Below the pieces are notes generated by a model. That model did not search any database. It saw only the letters and a program-made list of their open reading frames with translations, and was not told the origin of the DNA. From Octopus bimaculoides (Eukaryota), in NCBI RefSeq assembly GCF_001194135.2, contig NC_068991.1, positions 28,061,930 through 28,125,929 on the forward strand: a DNA stretch of 64,000 bases, in the 5' to 3' direction. Position numbers and translations under genes: made by a program. Positions 23,685-38,634 of the stretch are shown one piece after another; position 1 is the first letter of the stretch; every line of letters begins with the position of its first letter.

Positions 23685-25199
23685 ATGTCCAAGGCAATTA
23701 CAGTGACTTTGGAGATTAATACACCTGAGTATTTTTAATTACTACAGGTAATTATGCAACATATAAATGTCTAATACACGTTTCTGCTGCATACAGACAT
23801 CTCACAGTTGCATTTGCACCCAGTTATAGTCATCATTAGTCTATGCAACTTTATTCAAGGTCCAACCACTGACATGGTCTGAAGAGAAATAAGGGTATTT
23901 GGGTTTAGCTAACATTATTTTTGGTAGGTGACTATAGGTTTTGAGTGCAAAGAATGTGAGAGAAAAATCTGGAAACTTGATACATCTATAAAAATTGCTA
24001 TCATATTGACCCTATAATAACCCTAGTTTGGATTCTGAATAAAGAATATTAGACCTTGAATAAGGTCAGAGTATATTTTTAACCACTAGGTGGATTAGGA
24101 ATTAATGAATTTCAGATATATTGGATACAGCTACTGGTCACAAATTCAATCTGAATCTTCCTTTATATAAATCAAGTTTTATTTACATGTAGTTTTATTG
24201 TTGTATATACGTTGCAAGAATTTTTGTACATGCAGTTTTATGCATGGAGTCTACTGATTACTGCTTGATACAGGCAAACTAGAATATAACACTGACATTT
24301 ACCATGTAAGCTCCTATTATAGTGCACCGGTTAAAGATTCTATCATATTTATTCAATTTAGGAAAATTCCTATATATAGGGGCAAAAAAATTAGTTGGAA
24401 TGCTAGAAGCTATTTGCCAACCAAATACTGCATTATACCACATATGGCCTTACATCTTTGGCATTCACAACACCTGTTGGCTGTTTTGACCTCAGCACAA
24501 GGGTATTACTTCCACTCCCTGTGAATTAGTTTCCTTAAGGTCTTACCTCATATTTGCAATTCTAGTCATACAGAGCAGACATGTTATGAATAAGAAATGT
24601 TCAGATAAGCAACTTCATTTTCCTATCCTAGCTTTACTTCTCACCTCACTTCATATTACTAATATTATTAACAAAGCCTAATTTATTTCCATGCTATATG
24701 TTATATAGTAAAGTTAAATAATCCTAATGTTCAAATAAACAATTCCATTTTTCTTCCATAGCTTTAATTCTCAAAAATTTTATCTCACTCATTTAATGTC
24801 TAAAACCTCCCTTTTTTCCATGCTATATGTTAAATAATAACTGCATTAAGCAATACTAGTGAAAATGTGCTTTTTTTCACCTCTTCGTTTTGTTTGGATT
24901 CTCACTTTATTTTATCTTGCTCATATTATGTGTAAAACCTCACTTTTTTCCATGTTATATGTCAAATAGATGCTTTCACTTTATTTGGATATTTTATATG
25001 GCCTTACCTTTGGCATGGGGCAGCTATACTGCTTGGTCATTCACAGTATATACACCCACCCCACCCCTCTACCTATACAGGAAGTCTTTCTCCTAAAACC
25101 TCTACCACAAACCTATACAGAATGCTATCTCTTTCTCCCACCCCTATTTAGTGGGCTATCTCCTGATAAACATAGCGAGTGTGAAATGAATAAAATGAT

Positions 25200-28100
25200 G
25201 GTGAAACAAATGCAGGTTGAAACCTATTTGAACCGGGGAAACATACATGCGAGCTTTCTTTTCAAATGCAGAATACTGTCCCCTATTCCTGTGTCTCCAC
25301 CCCCACCCCCAACCCCAGCTGACACACTCAGTGTAGGCTCATTAAAAGGTAGGTTTGGTGACATTGTTGAGATACTTGAACAGAGGCATGTAGATGTGTG
25401 TTGCATCCAAGAAGTAAGATAGAGAGGAAGTTCTGCGAGGTTCCTCACAGGCAAAGAGCAGAACTATAAAATCTTCTGGGTGGTGTCAGCATACTTCTTG
25501 CTGAGAGATAGGTTGGTAAGGTAATCAAGGCAATCAGAGTATGTGATAGAATACTTAAGCTTAAACTAGTTTTGAAAAATAAAATGGCAACCTTTATCTT
25601 GGTCTATGCCCCTCAGCCAGGTCTACCTGATGAACAGAAAGACCGATTTTATGACACCCTTTTGCAGACTATGTTGGCGATAAATGACAAGTGACCTTGT
25701 CTTTATGGCTGATGCCTTCAATGAGCATGTTAAGCAACATCCAAGTGGCTTCCATGGTGTGCATGGTGGCAATAGATTTGGTTCCTATATTGATGAATGA
25801 ACCAGGTTGCTGGAGTTCTGTGATGCAAATGATCTTATGATCTACAATACTAATTTCAGGAAACCTACCAGTCACCTGTTCATCTATCAATCTGGTAGAC
25901 ACACTAACCAGATTAATTACATTCTTGTCAGAAAACAGGAACAAAGGCTGCTTATGAGCGCCAAAACTTTTCCAGATGAAGAATATGCCTCTCAGCATAG
26001 GTTAGCTGTTAGCAACTTCAGAATCAGGGCTAAAAGGCTACCAAGAAGACAACCCATGTAGAAAAGAAAAGTCTGGAAGCTTAAGGATTCTCTGAATGGT
26101 CAGAGATTTAGAGATATGTTACTTGAAGCATTTGATGAAAAGGAGGATGATATAGTGACATATAACATGGAGGACAACTGAAGTTTCCTTCAGGACAACC
26201 TGTTGAAGGTCACTGACAAAATTTGTGGCTGGTGCAAAGTCCCTTCTCAACCTAAGGTGAAATGGCAGTGAAATTATGTAGTTGACAGGGCCATTAGAGA
26301 AAAGAAACAGGTCTGGAAGAACTGTAAGTGTGGTGGTAACAGGGAAGTGTATCAGATAGCCAGAAGGGAGGCTAGAAGACAGGTATTATTTAGCCAGAAG
26401 AAAAGCAGAAAAGAAGTTTGCCAATGTTCTGTGGTGTGAGGACCAGAGACTTGAAGTGTTTCATATTGTAAGACAGCGTGTGAGAAAAAAATCATGATAT
26501 CATAGGAGAGAAATGTGTCTGCATGGTTCACTTACATTTAATGATTCTGCTAAGAAAGAGACTTGGAAATGCCACTATGAAAAGCTTCTAAATATAGAAA
26601 ATGCATGGGAGAAGGTTAGTTTGCCAAATGCAGACCCAGCTGAGGGCCCAGCTATCCGATGAAGCAACTAAGGTCATGAAGACAGGAAAAGCTCCAGCCC
26701 ATCAAGAATCACTGCTGAGATGCTTAAAATATCTGGTGGGGTAGGATATGGCCTAGTCAACCATATAGTTGATTAGGTTGTCCACAAGGGAGTCACACCC
26801 AACAATTGGTGTAGCAGCATTATAGTCAGCTACTATAAAGACAAAGGTGATGCCTTGGACAGAAATAATTACAGAGGCATCAAATTGCTGGACCAGATGA
26901 TGAAAGTCACAGAAAGGGTCATAGTTCAATTAATTTGGAAGAGAGTTAGCGTAGATGAAATGCAGTTTGGATTTATGCAAGGTTGGAGCACAACTGATAC
27001 TATATTCCTGATTATGCAACTACAGGAGAAGTATTTAACCAAAAATAAACCTCTGCACATGTCTTTGACACTCACCTGCTCCCTTATCTGGTGGTCAATG
27101 CAGAAGCTAGGGATAGATGAGTGGTTAGTGAGAACTGCACAGGCTATGTACAGGGATGTTGCCAGTAAGGTGAAGGTTGGCAACAAGTATAGCAATGAAT
27201 TCACTGCACAGCACAAGTAGAAGTTCACCAAGGTTCGGTTCTCAGTCCTGTCTTGCTTATTTTAGTCCTCCAGGCCTTAACAGAGATGAATTCAAGATCA
27301 GCTACCCCTGAGAGCTCCTCTATGTTGATGACCTAGTGGTAGGTCATTAACATAGTTACCTATCGATAACTGAATCACTAACTTATAGAAGAAATTTCAG
27401 GTATGGTAGCAAGGCTTGGAATCTAAGGCCCTTAGAGTTAATTTAGCAAAGACTGAAGTCCTAGTAATTAGGAAAACAGACAAATCACAAGTCCCTTCAG
27501 GGAGATGGCACTGTTTGATAAGCAAGATGGGTATTGGTGGAAATTCCATACACTGTACTCAGTACAAGCTTTGGACACATTAGAGGTGTAGCAGTATCAC
27601 AGGAAGGTTGACAGAGAAAATATACTTTGTGTGTGGCAAATGAGTACAACAAGCACTAAAAATGTGCAGACAACAGACTCCCTCAAATGCTTGGTGTGGT
27701 GGGAACCATTAGAACTAATAGATAGCTTCTGCCACCTTGGAGACAAAGTGAGTAGTGGAGGAGGAAGTTCTGAAAGTGTAGTTGCTAGAATAACAATGCG
27801 CTGGGCAAAGTTCAGAGAGCTTCTACTTTTATTGGTAACTAAAGGAGTGAAAGACAGACTATGTGATGCCTGTGTACATACAGCGAATTTACATGACAGT
27901 GAAACTTGGGCTTTGATTACAGAGGGCTTGCAAAAGCTTAAAAGAAATTAAGCTAGCATGCTCCACTGGATGGGTAATATCAGTGTGTGCCCATGACAAA
28001 GTGTAAACGATTTAAGAGGAAAACCAGTTTGGTCATGTGATGTGTATGGATGAAGGCAGCTGCATAAAGAAGTGGCATGCTCTAATTGTGGAAGGAACCT

Positions 28101-28390
28101 TTGGAAGAGATAGACTCAGAAAGATGTGAAATGAAGTGGTGAGAAAAGATCTGTGAATGCTGGACCTTACTGAGGAAATGACAAAGAACTGGGAGTTATG
28201 GCGATTTGCTGTACTTGAAAAGATGTGTCAAGCAAAGTAAAATCTCTGTCATCCATATATACAGGCATATCCTTTCAGGTGCTGGTGTCACATAAAATGC
28301 ACTCATGCCAGTGCCACATAAAAAGCACCCAGCACACTCTGTAAAGTGGTTGACATTAAGAAGGGCATTCAGCCATAAAAACCCTGGGTT
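25200..28390 (+). mobile_element. Degenerate RTE-clade LINE (APE + RT + 3' UTR)
   Basis: DVCCIQEVR, YAPQ, FCDANDL..NTNF, NNYRGIKLLD, DEMQFGFM, HQGSVLSP, ETW remnants. Confidence 0.9.
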
Positions 28391-28479
28391 GATAAATTAA
28401 GTGCTAGTGAAACATTGTGGTCGATGTAATCCCCTCCCCAAAAATGGCAAAATTTGAAATCATTATTAGACATGGTATA

Positions 28480-29610
28480 TTCCCTTTTTTAGGAGGTTGT
28501 ATTATTTTTGATGCCTGTCCTAGAATCGATTAGGTTATTAGTTTTACTTGTGGGCTTAACTGCATTTTCTTTTATCACATTTACCAATATTATAATTGCT
28601 TATATTACAGATCTAGTCCAATATGGGATTATTTCCCCTATTGCTACTCTGGGTACTGTCTGTTGATTTCACTTTACATCAATGATGGTGGGGGCAGTTA
28701 TTAGCACTATTTTCAGTGTCCATAACCACTAGATTCCAAGTTCCATTCCTATTTGCATACTTCTTCACTTCATTCACAGTACTATATAGTAACCTATCCC
28801 TATAACCTACTTCTGCTAGTGCATTATTCTCCATTTTTCTAAAGATCTCCTCATAGAGATGTGGGTTGAAATGTTATTGACTATATATTCAGTGATATTT
28901 TGGGGGTGATTATTGTTAAAATTGATATACTTCAGGTTGTCATTGGGTTTGTAGTATGGTTGATATTGATCCATACTCAAATTCATAGTAACATCCAAGA
29001 AGTTAACTTTAATGTGTTCTTCTTTGGGGGAGAAGATCAGCCTACACCCTTGAAAAAACTAAATAACTTTTGCCTGTATTTTACTTATTAAACACTGTTA
29101 GATTTATGTAATGGGAATAGAGTGTTGCCCCAATATAATCCTCTGCCCATTAGCAGAAATTCCCTACTTATACAGAATAAGATATATATTCCTACCAGGT
29201 TGGTTACCTGAACAGAATCAATAGATCCCATGGTAATGTCAAGTATATCTGGTCAGTCATTTCTCACCCAGTACTTTCCATCAAATTCAATAATAGATTT
29301 TATTCCTGTTAAGATAATATCCACTTCTTTCTTGGATACATTAGAACTTTTCATTGCAGATATCAGTGACTTGTTGAAGAGGATGGGGTTAATAGAAGCG
29401 TAATAGTTAGAAATATCTAACTGAATGAATTTAGTCTGCTTTTTATCACTAATATTGGTGAACCAATCTACTATTTCATAAGAGCTATACCATAAGTTAA
29501 GTTTTATAGTATTCCCTAGTGTGGGTATGTACTTATTAATGATATGCTTACTAATTTTGTAAATCAAAACCTGATTTATATAAAGAAAGATTTGGATTAA
29601 CCTCACAAAT
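28480..29610 (-). mobile_element. Penelope-like element reverse transcriptase fragment
   Basis: WFTNISDKKQTKFIQLDISNYYASI, DITMGSID...LVGIYIL, DVTMNL...YQPYYKPN...NHP motifs. Confidence 0.85.
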
Positions 29611-29982
29611 ATATTCTACATATCTCATATTTTTTAAAATTTTATCTGAATCAGTGACCATTAATTGTACACAATATATCTGAAATTCATTAATTCCTAA
29701 TCTGCCTAGCGGTTAAAAATATACCCTGATATGTCAGTGGTTGGACTTTGGATAAAGTTGCATAGACAAATAACCAATTGAATGTAACTGGGAGCAAGTG
29801 CAATTGTGAAATGTCTATGCATCAGAAATGTGCATCAGACACATTTGAGTCAAATATGGTGTATAATTGACTGCAGTAATAAATGATATTCAGATGTATT
29901 AACCTCCAAAGTCACTTTAATTGTCTTGGATATATATATATATGTTTATGTGAATGTGTGATGCAATGTGTGTGTGCGTGTG

Positions 29983-30059
<77 letters not shown>

Positions 30060-30776
30060 GAAGAAAAGAGTGACTTCACACAATTATTGGAGAAATTTAT
30101 GCAGACTATATTTACCTTGAACATTTTAACGATAATGTTTGCCAGATAAACATGACCGGGCATGGAATTTCTGTGGACTTCAGCTGTGAAATTCTAGATA
30201 AAGTGTTTAGAGCAGGATGTAGGATGTAAGACGCAATATGGTGTTTGATGGGTAGGGTAGGTTTTTGGAGAGAATAAGTAGACTGCTAGTTGAGAGAAGC
30301 AGCATTGAATATTCTTTGCAGCAAATGTCCTGATTCTAAAAATAAGACCAGCACAGGTGTAGGTGGAGGATGCATATGACTGAAGGGGCCAAATAGGTCA
30401 TAACAGTGGATTAGCCCCAACAACTTTCTTTCTTTCAGCAAAACATACCAAATTTAATCATCATTTATCTCCGGTTGTTTTCTGTATATGCATAGCTTGG
30501 ATAGGTCCTCCATACACCAACTTTTCTCTTGTCATGACCACTCAACATTACTTCCATGAATAAATTTCAATATCGTGAGACCCACTAACACAACCTCTGT
30601 CTATGTCTTCCTTGGTCTTCTATTTCTAAAATTTTCTTCCACTTAGATTTCTGACCATGTCTCTCTCAGTTCACATTCGCAAAGATGTTAACTTATAAGT
30701 TGCTTTGTTGCTATTGAGAAGAATTTGCAATGTTCTTCTATTTTATGTGCATGCATGCATGCATATGTGTGTGTGT

Positions 30777-30814
<38 letters not shown>

Positions 30815-31124
30815 GCACGTGTGTGTGTGTGAGTGTAAATGTAAGATCCAAGGATCAAGGTGTAGAATGTTAGTAAGCTTAAAGTTTCTGTGAAATTACA
30901 TTTATAGCTGTTGTTGTTACACTTACAACTAGATGAAGGAAACTTGAATATTAAACATTATTATGGCTATTAATCCTGTTATCTAACTTATATTTGAATA
31001 AGGGGAACCCTATAAAACTTTGACATAGAATTCATGTTTCTCTGGTCGCTTCTCTTTCTCAGCGCAATACGACTTTGTATATACAGACAAAAGTATATAT
31101 ATGTTTATACATACAATGTTCACT

Positions 31125-31162
<38 letters not shown>

Positions 31163-31884
31163 AAAGGACACAGGCACAGGCATGGCTGTGTGGTAAGAAA
31201 CTTATTTTCTAACCACATGATTCTAGGTTCAGTCCCACTGCATAGCACCTTAGGCAAGTGTCTTCTACTATAGCCTCAGGCTGACCAAAGCCTTGTGAGT
31301 GGATTATATATACATATATATATATATGTATATATGTTCATGTGTGCATCTTTGTGTCTGTTTGTCCTCCACCATTGCTGTTAATTTTAACAGCTCAGCA
31401 AAAGAGACTGATACAATAAATACTAGGCTTACAAAGAACACATCCTGAAGTCAATTTCTTTGACTAAAAAAAGACCTTTAATGCAGTGCTCCAATATGGC
31501 CACAGTCAAATTACTGAAACAAGTAAAAGAATAAAAGAACATATAGTTATGCAAATCATTGATGTCCCAGAAGTCTACACACATATACACATGAGGCTAA
31601 TTCAGTCAGGGTTTCAGTTTGAACTTCTTGAGAATCATATTTGGTGGGGAAATATAGAAAAGGGACCTGTCAGTGAGGTTTAGCATTGGAACAGAAGAAA
31701 TGATTAGAATGTTTTATACAAATAACTTCTGTTCCAATACACATATGCATATACACATACATGTGCGCATGAACACACACATGCACACACATACACACAT
31801 GTGTGTACACATACATACGTACATACATACATGTATGTATACATACATACGTACATACATACATACATACATACATGCATACAT

Positions 31885-32690
31885 AACCCATAATGAGGTA
31901 GAGGCCATTACCACTCACAATATGAAAGGGTATTGATGGAATGTCCCAATAAAAACCTCAATAAAGTGCAGACATAATAGACCGGATATAGTAATCTGGG
32001 ACAGAGAAGAGAAACTCTGTACAGTAGTAGAAATCAGCTGCCCTGCGGATGTCAACATCCCACTAAAGATTAGAGAAAAAGAGAACAACTACGCTGAGCT
32101 ACTGAGAAATTTACAGATACTCCACCCAGACTACAAGTTCAGATTCATACCCGTGATTGTTGGGGCATTGGGATATGTAACGAACTCCCTCAACAAAANN
32201 NNNNNNNNNNNNNNNNNNNNNNNNNNNNNNNNNNNNNNNNNNNNNNNNNNNNNNNNNNNNNNNNNNNNNNNNNNNNNNNNNNNNNNNNNNNNNNNNNNNN
32301 NNNNNNNNNNNNNNNNNNNNNNNNNNNNNNNNNNNNNNNNNNNNNNNNNNNNNNNNNNNNNNNNNNNNNNNNCAATGGAACTGTAAAGATATGTAAAACT
32401 TTCCAAAAAATTAGCACATAAATACATATGCATGCATCTAGACATAAAAACGCATCCATAAAACAAACATACAAATCTGCGCATACACTAACACCAAATA
32501 CTGCACACACACACATCTGCACAAATACCTAGATGATGTTGATAAAAGTTCCAATGAAGGAGCCTTGAATCTATGTTAGAGTCTGGCTCATTCTCTATTG
32601 ACAAGAAACACAGAAATGAAACTGATTGATAACATACATACATACATACATACATACATACATACATACATACATACATACATACATACA
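31885..32690 (+). mobile_element. R4/Dong-clade 3' fragment (RLE endonuclease) flanked by (ACAT)n
   Basis: WNVPIKT...HNRPDIVIWD...VVEISCP.D...KENNY..L...IPVIVGALG. (ACAT)n tracts on both sides. Confidence 0.85.
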
Positions 32691-34244
32691 TACACATAAA
32701 CATATACAGAATAGAATGGTTGGGATCTCAAACAGAATTTTTTGGTCAGTTCTTTGCCTTCAACACTAAATTTCACTTAAATTTCTCAGACTCACTATAT
32801 TACCCCTGCACAAGTTAGACTTGATTCCTAGTATATGTTATCCTCAACTCATAATGCTATATAGTATGTACAAGTAAAATAAATCTATAAATTTTAGCCA
32901 ACATAGTATGTACAGTTAAATTTAAACACTTGTGTCTGTATATACAAAGTCTTCATGTGTAGAAGAAGGAGAGTCAAACTAATTTGAATTCTGTGGTGAA
33001 GATTTGTAGAGTACCCCTATTTCAAATATAGGTTACTCTTGTCTCACAGTATAAGTTGCCTCAATAACACAATGTAGGTTATCCCTATGTTTCAGAAGAA
33101 GAATGCTTGAAAGGGCTATGGGCACTGCTCCTTTCAGCCAATGTAATTAATTCAAAAAATAGAATAGTTTTACAATCCATTATACAGACACAGCATTGCA
33201 AACACTGCATAGTTGACTCTGTGCTATATCCTGTATATGTACATAATACTCCAAACATTAACTCAAACACTGTACCTCAACAACTGTAATCACTCCACAA
33301 ACTCTGCCCCAGATACTGCACTACAAATATTGCTTGCATACACAACAACTATAAGTTAACTCTATACATTAGTTAAGTTCAAAGAAAGATACAAAAGTAA
33401 CATAGAAGAGACATTAAGTAAACATTAGATCTGTCACTTATATACAATATCACATACATACTATATAATACATATGCACTGTCACTCATAAACAAAAAGA
33501 AACACATATGCAATCACATATACACTACCATTCTGATATGCACTGTCAGATATATACAATCATTATCATCAGTTAACATCTGTTTTCCATGCTAGCATGG
33601 GTTGGACAATTTAACAGGAGCTGGTCAGCTGAAGAGCTGCCTGGGCTCCATATCTGTTTTGGCATGGTTCCTCTGGCTGGATGCCCTTCCTAACACCAAC
33701 CACTTTACAGAGTGTACTGGGTGTTTTTACACAGCACTGGCATTGGTGTTTTTATGTGGGACTGGTATAGGTGCTTTTTACATGGCACCAGCTTCCACGA
33801 GCTCACAAGATTAGGAACACTCAGCTGAAGAGCTATGTGTAGAGGTGGAGATCTTCAAAGAACATCCAAGCAAATTTTTATCTGAAATATCAGATGCCCC
33901 CACATCAAACTGAAATGTGGGCACCCCAGTATGGCCTCACCCTCTCACTGAAACCAGTTTTGTTCGGCCTCATTAATACTGTGTACTTGCAGCCAGCTGA
34001 ATACCTAGATGATATTTGCCTCCTCTAGTATACAGAAAAACAGCAAAAAACATTCACTGATATTATTTTAGCTGCCCAGTTGAATATAAATCTGTTGTAT
34101 GTAAAAGAAGTGGTATTAAGTTAAAATAACCATCTATGCATCATTCTTAAAGTAAACACATCACTGAAAGCAACTTAACTGTGATGTTTGTATGGCAATA
34201 TGTATGTGTGTGAGTGTGTACTTATATACATATATGTGTGTGTA

Positions 34245-34285
<41 letters not shown>

Positions 34286-36277
34286 CAAATAAAAGGGTAA
34301 AGGAATATTAATTTATTAATAAATTAATAATTTTTACCAAGCCCTTCGGTATGTAAACACCATTATCGGTGAAGAACTTATTTAAAAGTTCTTATAAATT
34401 TATAAACATAATTAAGGGATCAGCAGCAGTTGCTTCACCACATACCGAAGTTCAGAAATAGCAGCTGAAGTGCTAAAACTCCAACAGATAACAATACTGC
34501 TATCTGTGGGAGNNNNNNNNNNNNNNNNNNNNNNNNNNNNNNNNNNNNNNNNNNNNNNNNNNNNNNNNNNNNNNNNNNNNNNNNNNNNNNNNNNNNNNNN
34601 NNNNNNNNNNNNNNNNNNNNNNNNNNNNNNNNNNNNNNNNNNNNNNNNNNNNNNTATATATATATATATATATATGTGCATACACACACACACACGCACA
34701 CACATAGAATCAGGTACTTGAAAAGATATGCATCAGGCAGGGTTGGTTCTGACCTATGGTTGGTAAATATCAAATAGAAACCTGTGGTTGCAGCCTATGG
34801 TTGTTAAGTATCAAATATGATATTCCAGTTGTGTACACAGAGAAAACTAACTTTATGAGTATTTAGTGCCTGGGGTTGGTTCAAATCACTCGTTACTTTA
34901 AATAGTACATTGTTGGTATACTCTAGGGTGTCCAACAAGTCATAAATGCCCTTGGTGTATTATAATCAAATGAAAAATAACAGGTAATGGATAAATGTCA
35001 GCTCATTTCAGCTATTTCTTACACATTTTTTAATAGAAGAATGAGAACATTACTCCATTACAAAAAAATTTAATAGTCAGATAAAATGTAATTTTACAAA
35101 CAAAAGAATATTCCAAGAATTCAGCAGTGATGTAGCTGAAGTCTATCAAGGCCAACAAGGAAATGGGAGAATGACCAACAAAGTTGGCCGTTGTGGTTAA
35201 GAATATATAGTTCATGAAAGTGTGCAATATGAGATCTAAGGTCAGTGACATGGGTGAGATAGGAGTCTGCTAGACTGGCTCTGAGGTAGGCTGGAGTGGG
35301 GTGTAGGAGATATTTTATTATAGTAGGGTTAGAGTAGTGGGTAGCAAGGAGAGGATGTAATATAAATTAAAGATAAAGAAAGAAAGAAAGAATAAAGAAA
35401 GGAAAGGTAAGGGTGAAGAAAAATAAAACATAAAAGCCAATTAGACATAGGGTCCAGGTTTAGGATTTGCTAGGGTCCGGGTTTAGGATGTCCTTTGATA
35501 ATGGACAAAGGGAGGAGGGCAGAGATACATTGAATTTAGGTGTATTCAATGAATATTGGTTGAAAGGCAATCAATTAATAAGATCTAACTTTAATGGAAT
35601 TGTAATGTTAAGTGTGAAGAGGAATGATGTAGGGTGTTGTTTTAGTTACGAAAACGTATATGGGTTAGTGGGGACCACTTGTAATATTTGGACATGTTTG
35701 CCTGGTGAGGGAAAAGCTGGTAGTGGTAGTAGAGTACTACTTATCATTAAGGAATTTAAAGAAGGATGGGGTTATATAATAAACCACACCTAGTATGGAG
35801 TTAGAGGAAATCAAAGAAAGCCAGCAGTATGGAAGAGCCTAATGGTTAACAATATGGAATGTTATACAGGTGGCATTGATGTTGCACAATTAGACAGAAA
35901 AATCACCATTGTGTAAATCAGGTAAAGCAACTCTGGACAATAGTCATGGGTAAGAGGTTTGGAAAGTGCGTTCTATCTAATATTTAACAAGCACAGCACG
36001 AATAACTGTATCTTGATGTAAGGATTACTTACCTAGTGGTATTGGAAAAGAACTGGCTAGGTTGTGCAGGCTGCTACTTCTAGGTTAGATATCTTTGCTA
36101 TCGCTATTGCATAATACTGGGTACACCACAGATAGAATGGTTAGTTCCTTCAATATAGCATACAGTAGTATACTTGCATGGTAATGAGTTGACAATTATC
36201 CATCATATCTTATTATTCATTTGATTGTGTGTGTGAGAAGATGTTGCACAAGCCCTTACCTCTGAGTACAACATCTC

Positions 36278-37265
36278 ATCATCATCATCATCATTTAACA
36301 TCCGATGTTGGCATGGGTTAGATGGTTTGACCAGGACTGGCAAGCTGAAAAGCTGCACCAGACTCCAGTCTGATTTAGAATGGTTTCTACAGCTGGATGC
36401 CCTTCCTAACACAAACCACTCTGAGATTGTAATGAGTGCTTTTACATGCCACCAGCGCAGGTGCCTGATGTGTGACACTAGTATCTGTCACAACTACAAT
36501 TTCACTAGGCTTGATGGCTCTTCTTCTCAAGCACAGCAAATCACCAAGGGTTTCGGTCATTCATCATTGTTTCTGTGAAACCAATGCTCAGAAGGTGTCT
36601 TTTACGAGCCACTGGCACAGGTGCTAGTTACACAACACCAGCATCTGTCATGTTGCCTCCACAAAGCCTAACACTCGAATAGTGTTTCTTATGTGCCACT
36701 GGGATAGGTGCCAGTTACATGACACCAACATCAGCCATGACTACAATTTCACTTGGTTTGACAGGTCTTCTCAAGCATGGCATATCACCAAAGATCTCAG
36801 TCACTAGTCATTGCCTCTGTGAGGCCCAACGTTTGAAGATCATGCATCATTACCTCATACCATTCCTTCTTGGGTCTACCTCTACCACAGGTTCCCTCCA
36901 CAGTTAGCAACAGGAACTTCTTTACACAGCTGTCCTTGTTCATACACATCACATGACCATACCAGCACAGTTGTCTCTCTTGCTCCCTAATCTGATGCCT
37001 CTTATGCCCAACTTTTCTCTCAAGATGCTTACACTTTGTCATACATGCACACTGACATTGCACATTCAGCAAAGCATACTAGTTTCATTTTTTTTCAAGC
37101 CTGCACATGTCCTCAGCAGTCACAGCCCATGTTTCACTGCCATGTAGCATAGTGGTTCACACACAGGCATTATACAGTCTGCTTTTCACTCTGAGGAAGA
37201 GGCTCTTTGTTGCCAACAAAGGTAGGAGCTCTCTGAACTTTGCCCAGGCTATTCTTATTCTTGCA
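36278..37265 (-). mobile_element. RTE-clade LINE 3' fragment with 3' UTR and (GAT)n tail
   Basis: RQLCWYGHV...GRGRPKK-W on minus. Its 3' UTR family recurs at about 5890-6220(+), 8195-8340(+), 33560-33830(-), 44235-44520(-) and 44550-44730(-). Confidence 0.8.
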
Positions 37266-37280
37266 GCTATGCTCCCATAC

Positions 37281-37512
37281 CTATTTCTTTACTGCCCACA
37301 AGGAGCTACACACAGAGGGGACAAACAAGGACAGACAAACGGATTAAGTCGATTATATCGACCCCAGTGCGTAACTGGTACTTAATTTATCAACCCCGAA
37401 AGGATGAAAGGCAAAGTCGACCTCGGCGGAATTTGAACTCAGAACGCAGTGGCAGACGAAATACCGCTAAGCATTTCGCCCGGAGTGCTAACGTTTCTGC
37501 CAGCTCGCCACC
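37281..37512 (-). mobile_element. tRNA-derived CORE-like SINE family C (young copy)
   Basis: GTCGACTTTGCCTTTCATCCTTTCGGGGTTGATAAATTAAGTACCAG core. Other copies at about 3410-3567(+), 53925-53990(+), 54670-54870(-), 55470-55686(-), 56455-56590(-), 59378-59600(+) and 61365-61530(-). Confidence 0.85.
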
Positions 37513-38421
37513 TTTTCCCATACCATCCACCACTGTTACTGACTTGGTCACCTAAATAATGAAAGTTATCTACTACCTCTAGCTTACCGTTTCCTGGCAG
37601 TCAATGTACATGTTTGGTGTTTATTGTACCTGTGTACCTTTCACACACAAGAACTATTTTTCCAGTTAATCTCCATCTGATATTGTTGCACCTATTATGT
37701 GTCCACAGCGGTGCATCATATGGATTTTATACTAATGCCTTTTCTACAGATTTAGCAGGATCATCTACCTGAAGGGATTTGTAATTTGTCTGCTTTCCTA
37801 CTTACTAAGATTTTGGTTTCTCCTATATCAAAAACAGCTGCATGTTAATGAAAGTCGTTACACACCTCCTGTCTTTTTGCCATTCATTGATACACATGCA
37901 TATAGATAGACAGACAGACAGACAGATAGATACATAAAAACCATATATATGATACCTAGGAATCATGCTTCTATACTTTAAATCAAATAGGCAAATATAT
38001 GTAGGAACCCAAACTATCAATTTATAACTGATTATATCAATAGTAACTAATATAAGTTTCTATAATAAACAAATAAGTTGAAGTAGTAACTGAGTACATA
38101 CCTAGGTTTACTTTATCAATAATAAGAGAGTAGAGGAATGTATTATGGATATAATGAATAGTACAAATGGTAGAGGCACACTTGTAAGCTAATATGGTCA
38201 ATGATTTAACAGATAGGGTAGAATAAAGAAGCAAAGAATGTGTTATGAACATACTGAATAGGTTGAAAAGTAGTGGCTAGCTTGTAAACAGCTGTTCAGC
38301 ACTATTGAAAGGATGAATAGTAACATAACCTAGTTATTCTGAAATATGCCTATTCCTTGTCCAGTAAGGTCAAGATCAACCTCTATGTGTTCGCTGTATA
38401 TATATACATACATACATATAC

Positions 38422-38498
<77 letters not shown>

Positions 38499-38593
38499 TA
38501 TAGATAATATATATATATGCATATATATATACATATACATATATATATATATGGGAAAATTTACGAAAAAAACAGACGAAGACAGGTGGTGTA

Positions 38594-38624
<31 letters not shown>

Positions 38625-38634
38625 AACGAGGGGA

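Noticed and set aside
35270-36150. Purine-biased block that may be a decayed retroelement
   Set aside because: No motif could be read with confidence in any frame.
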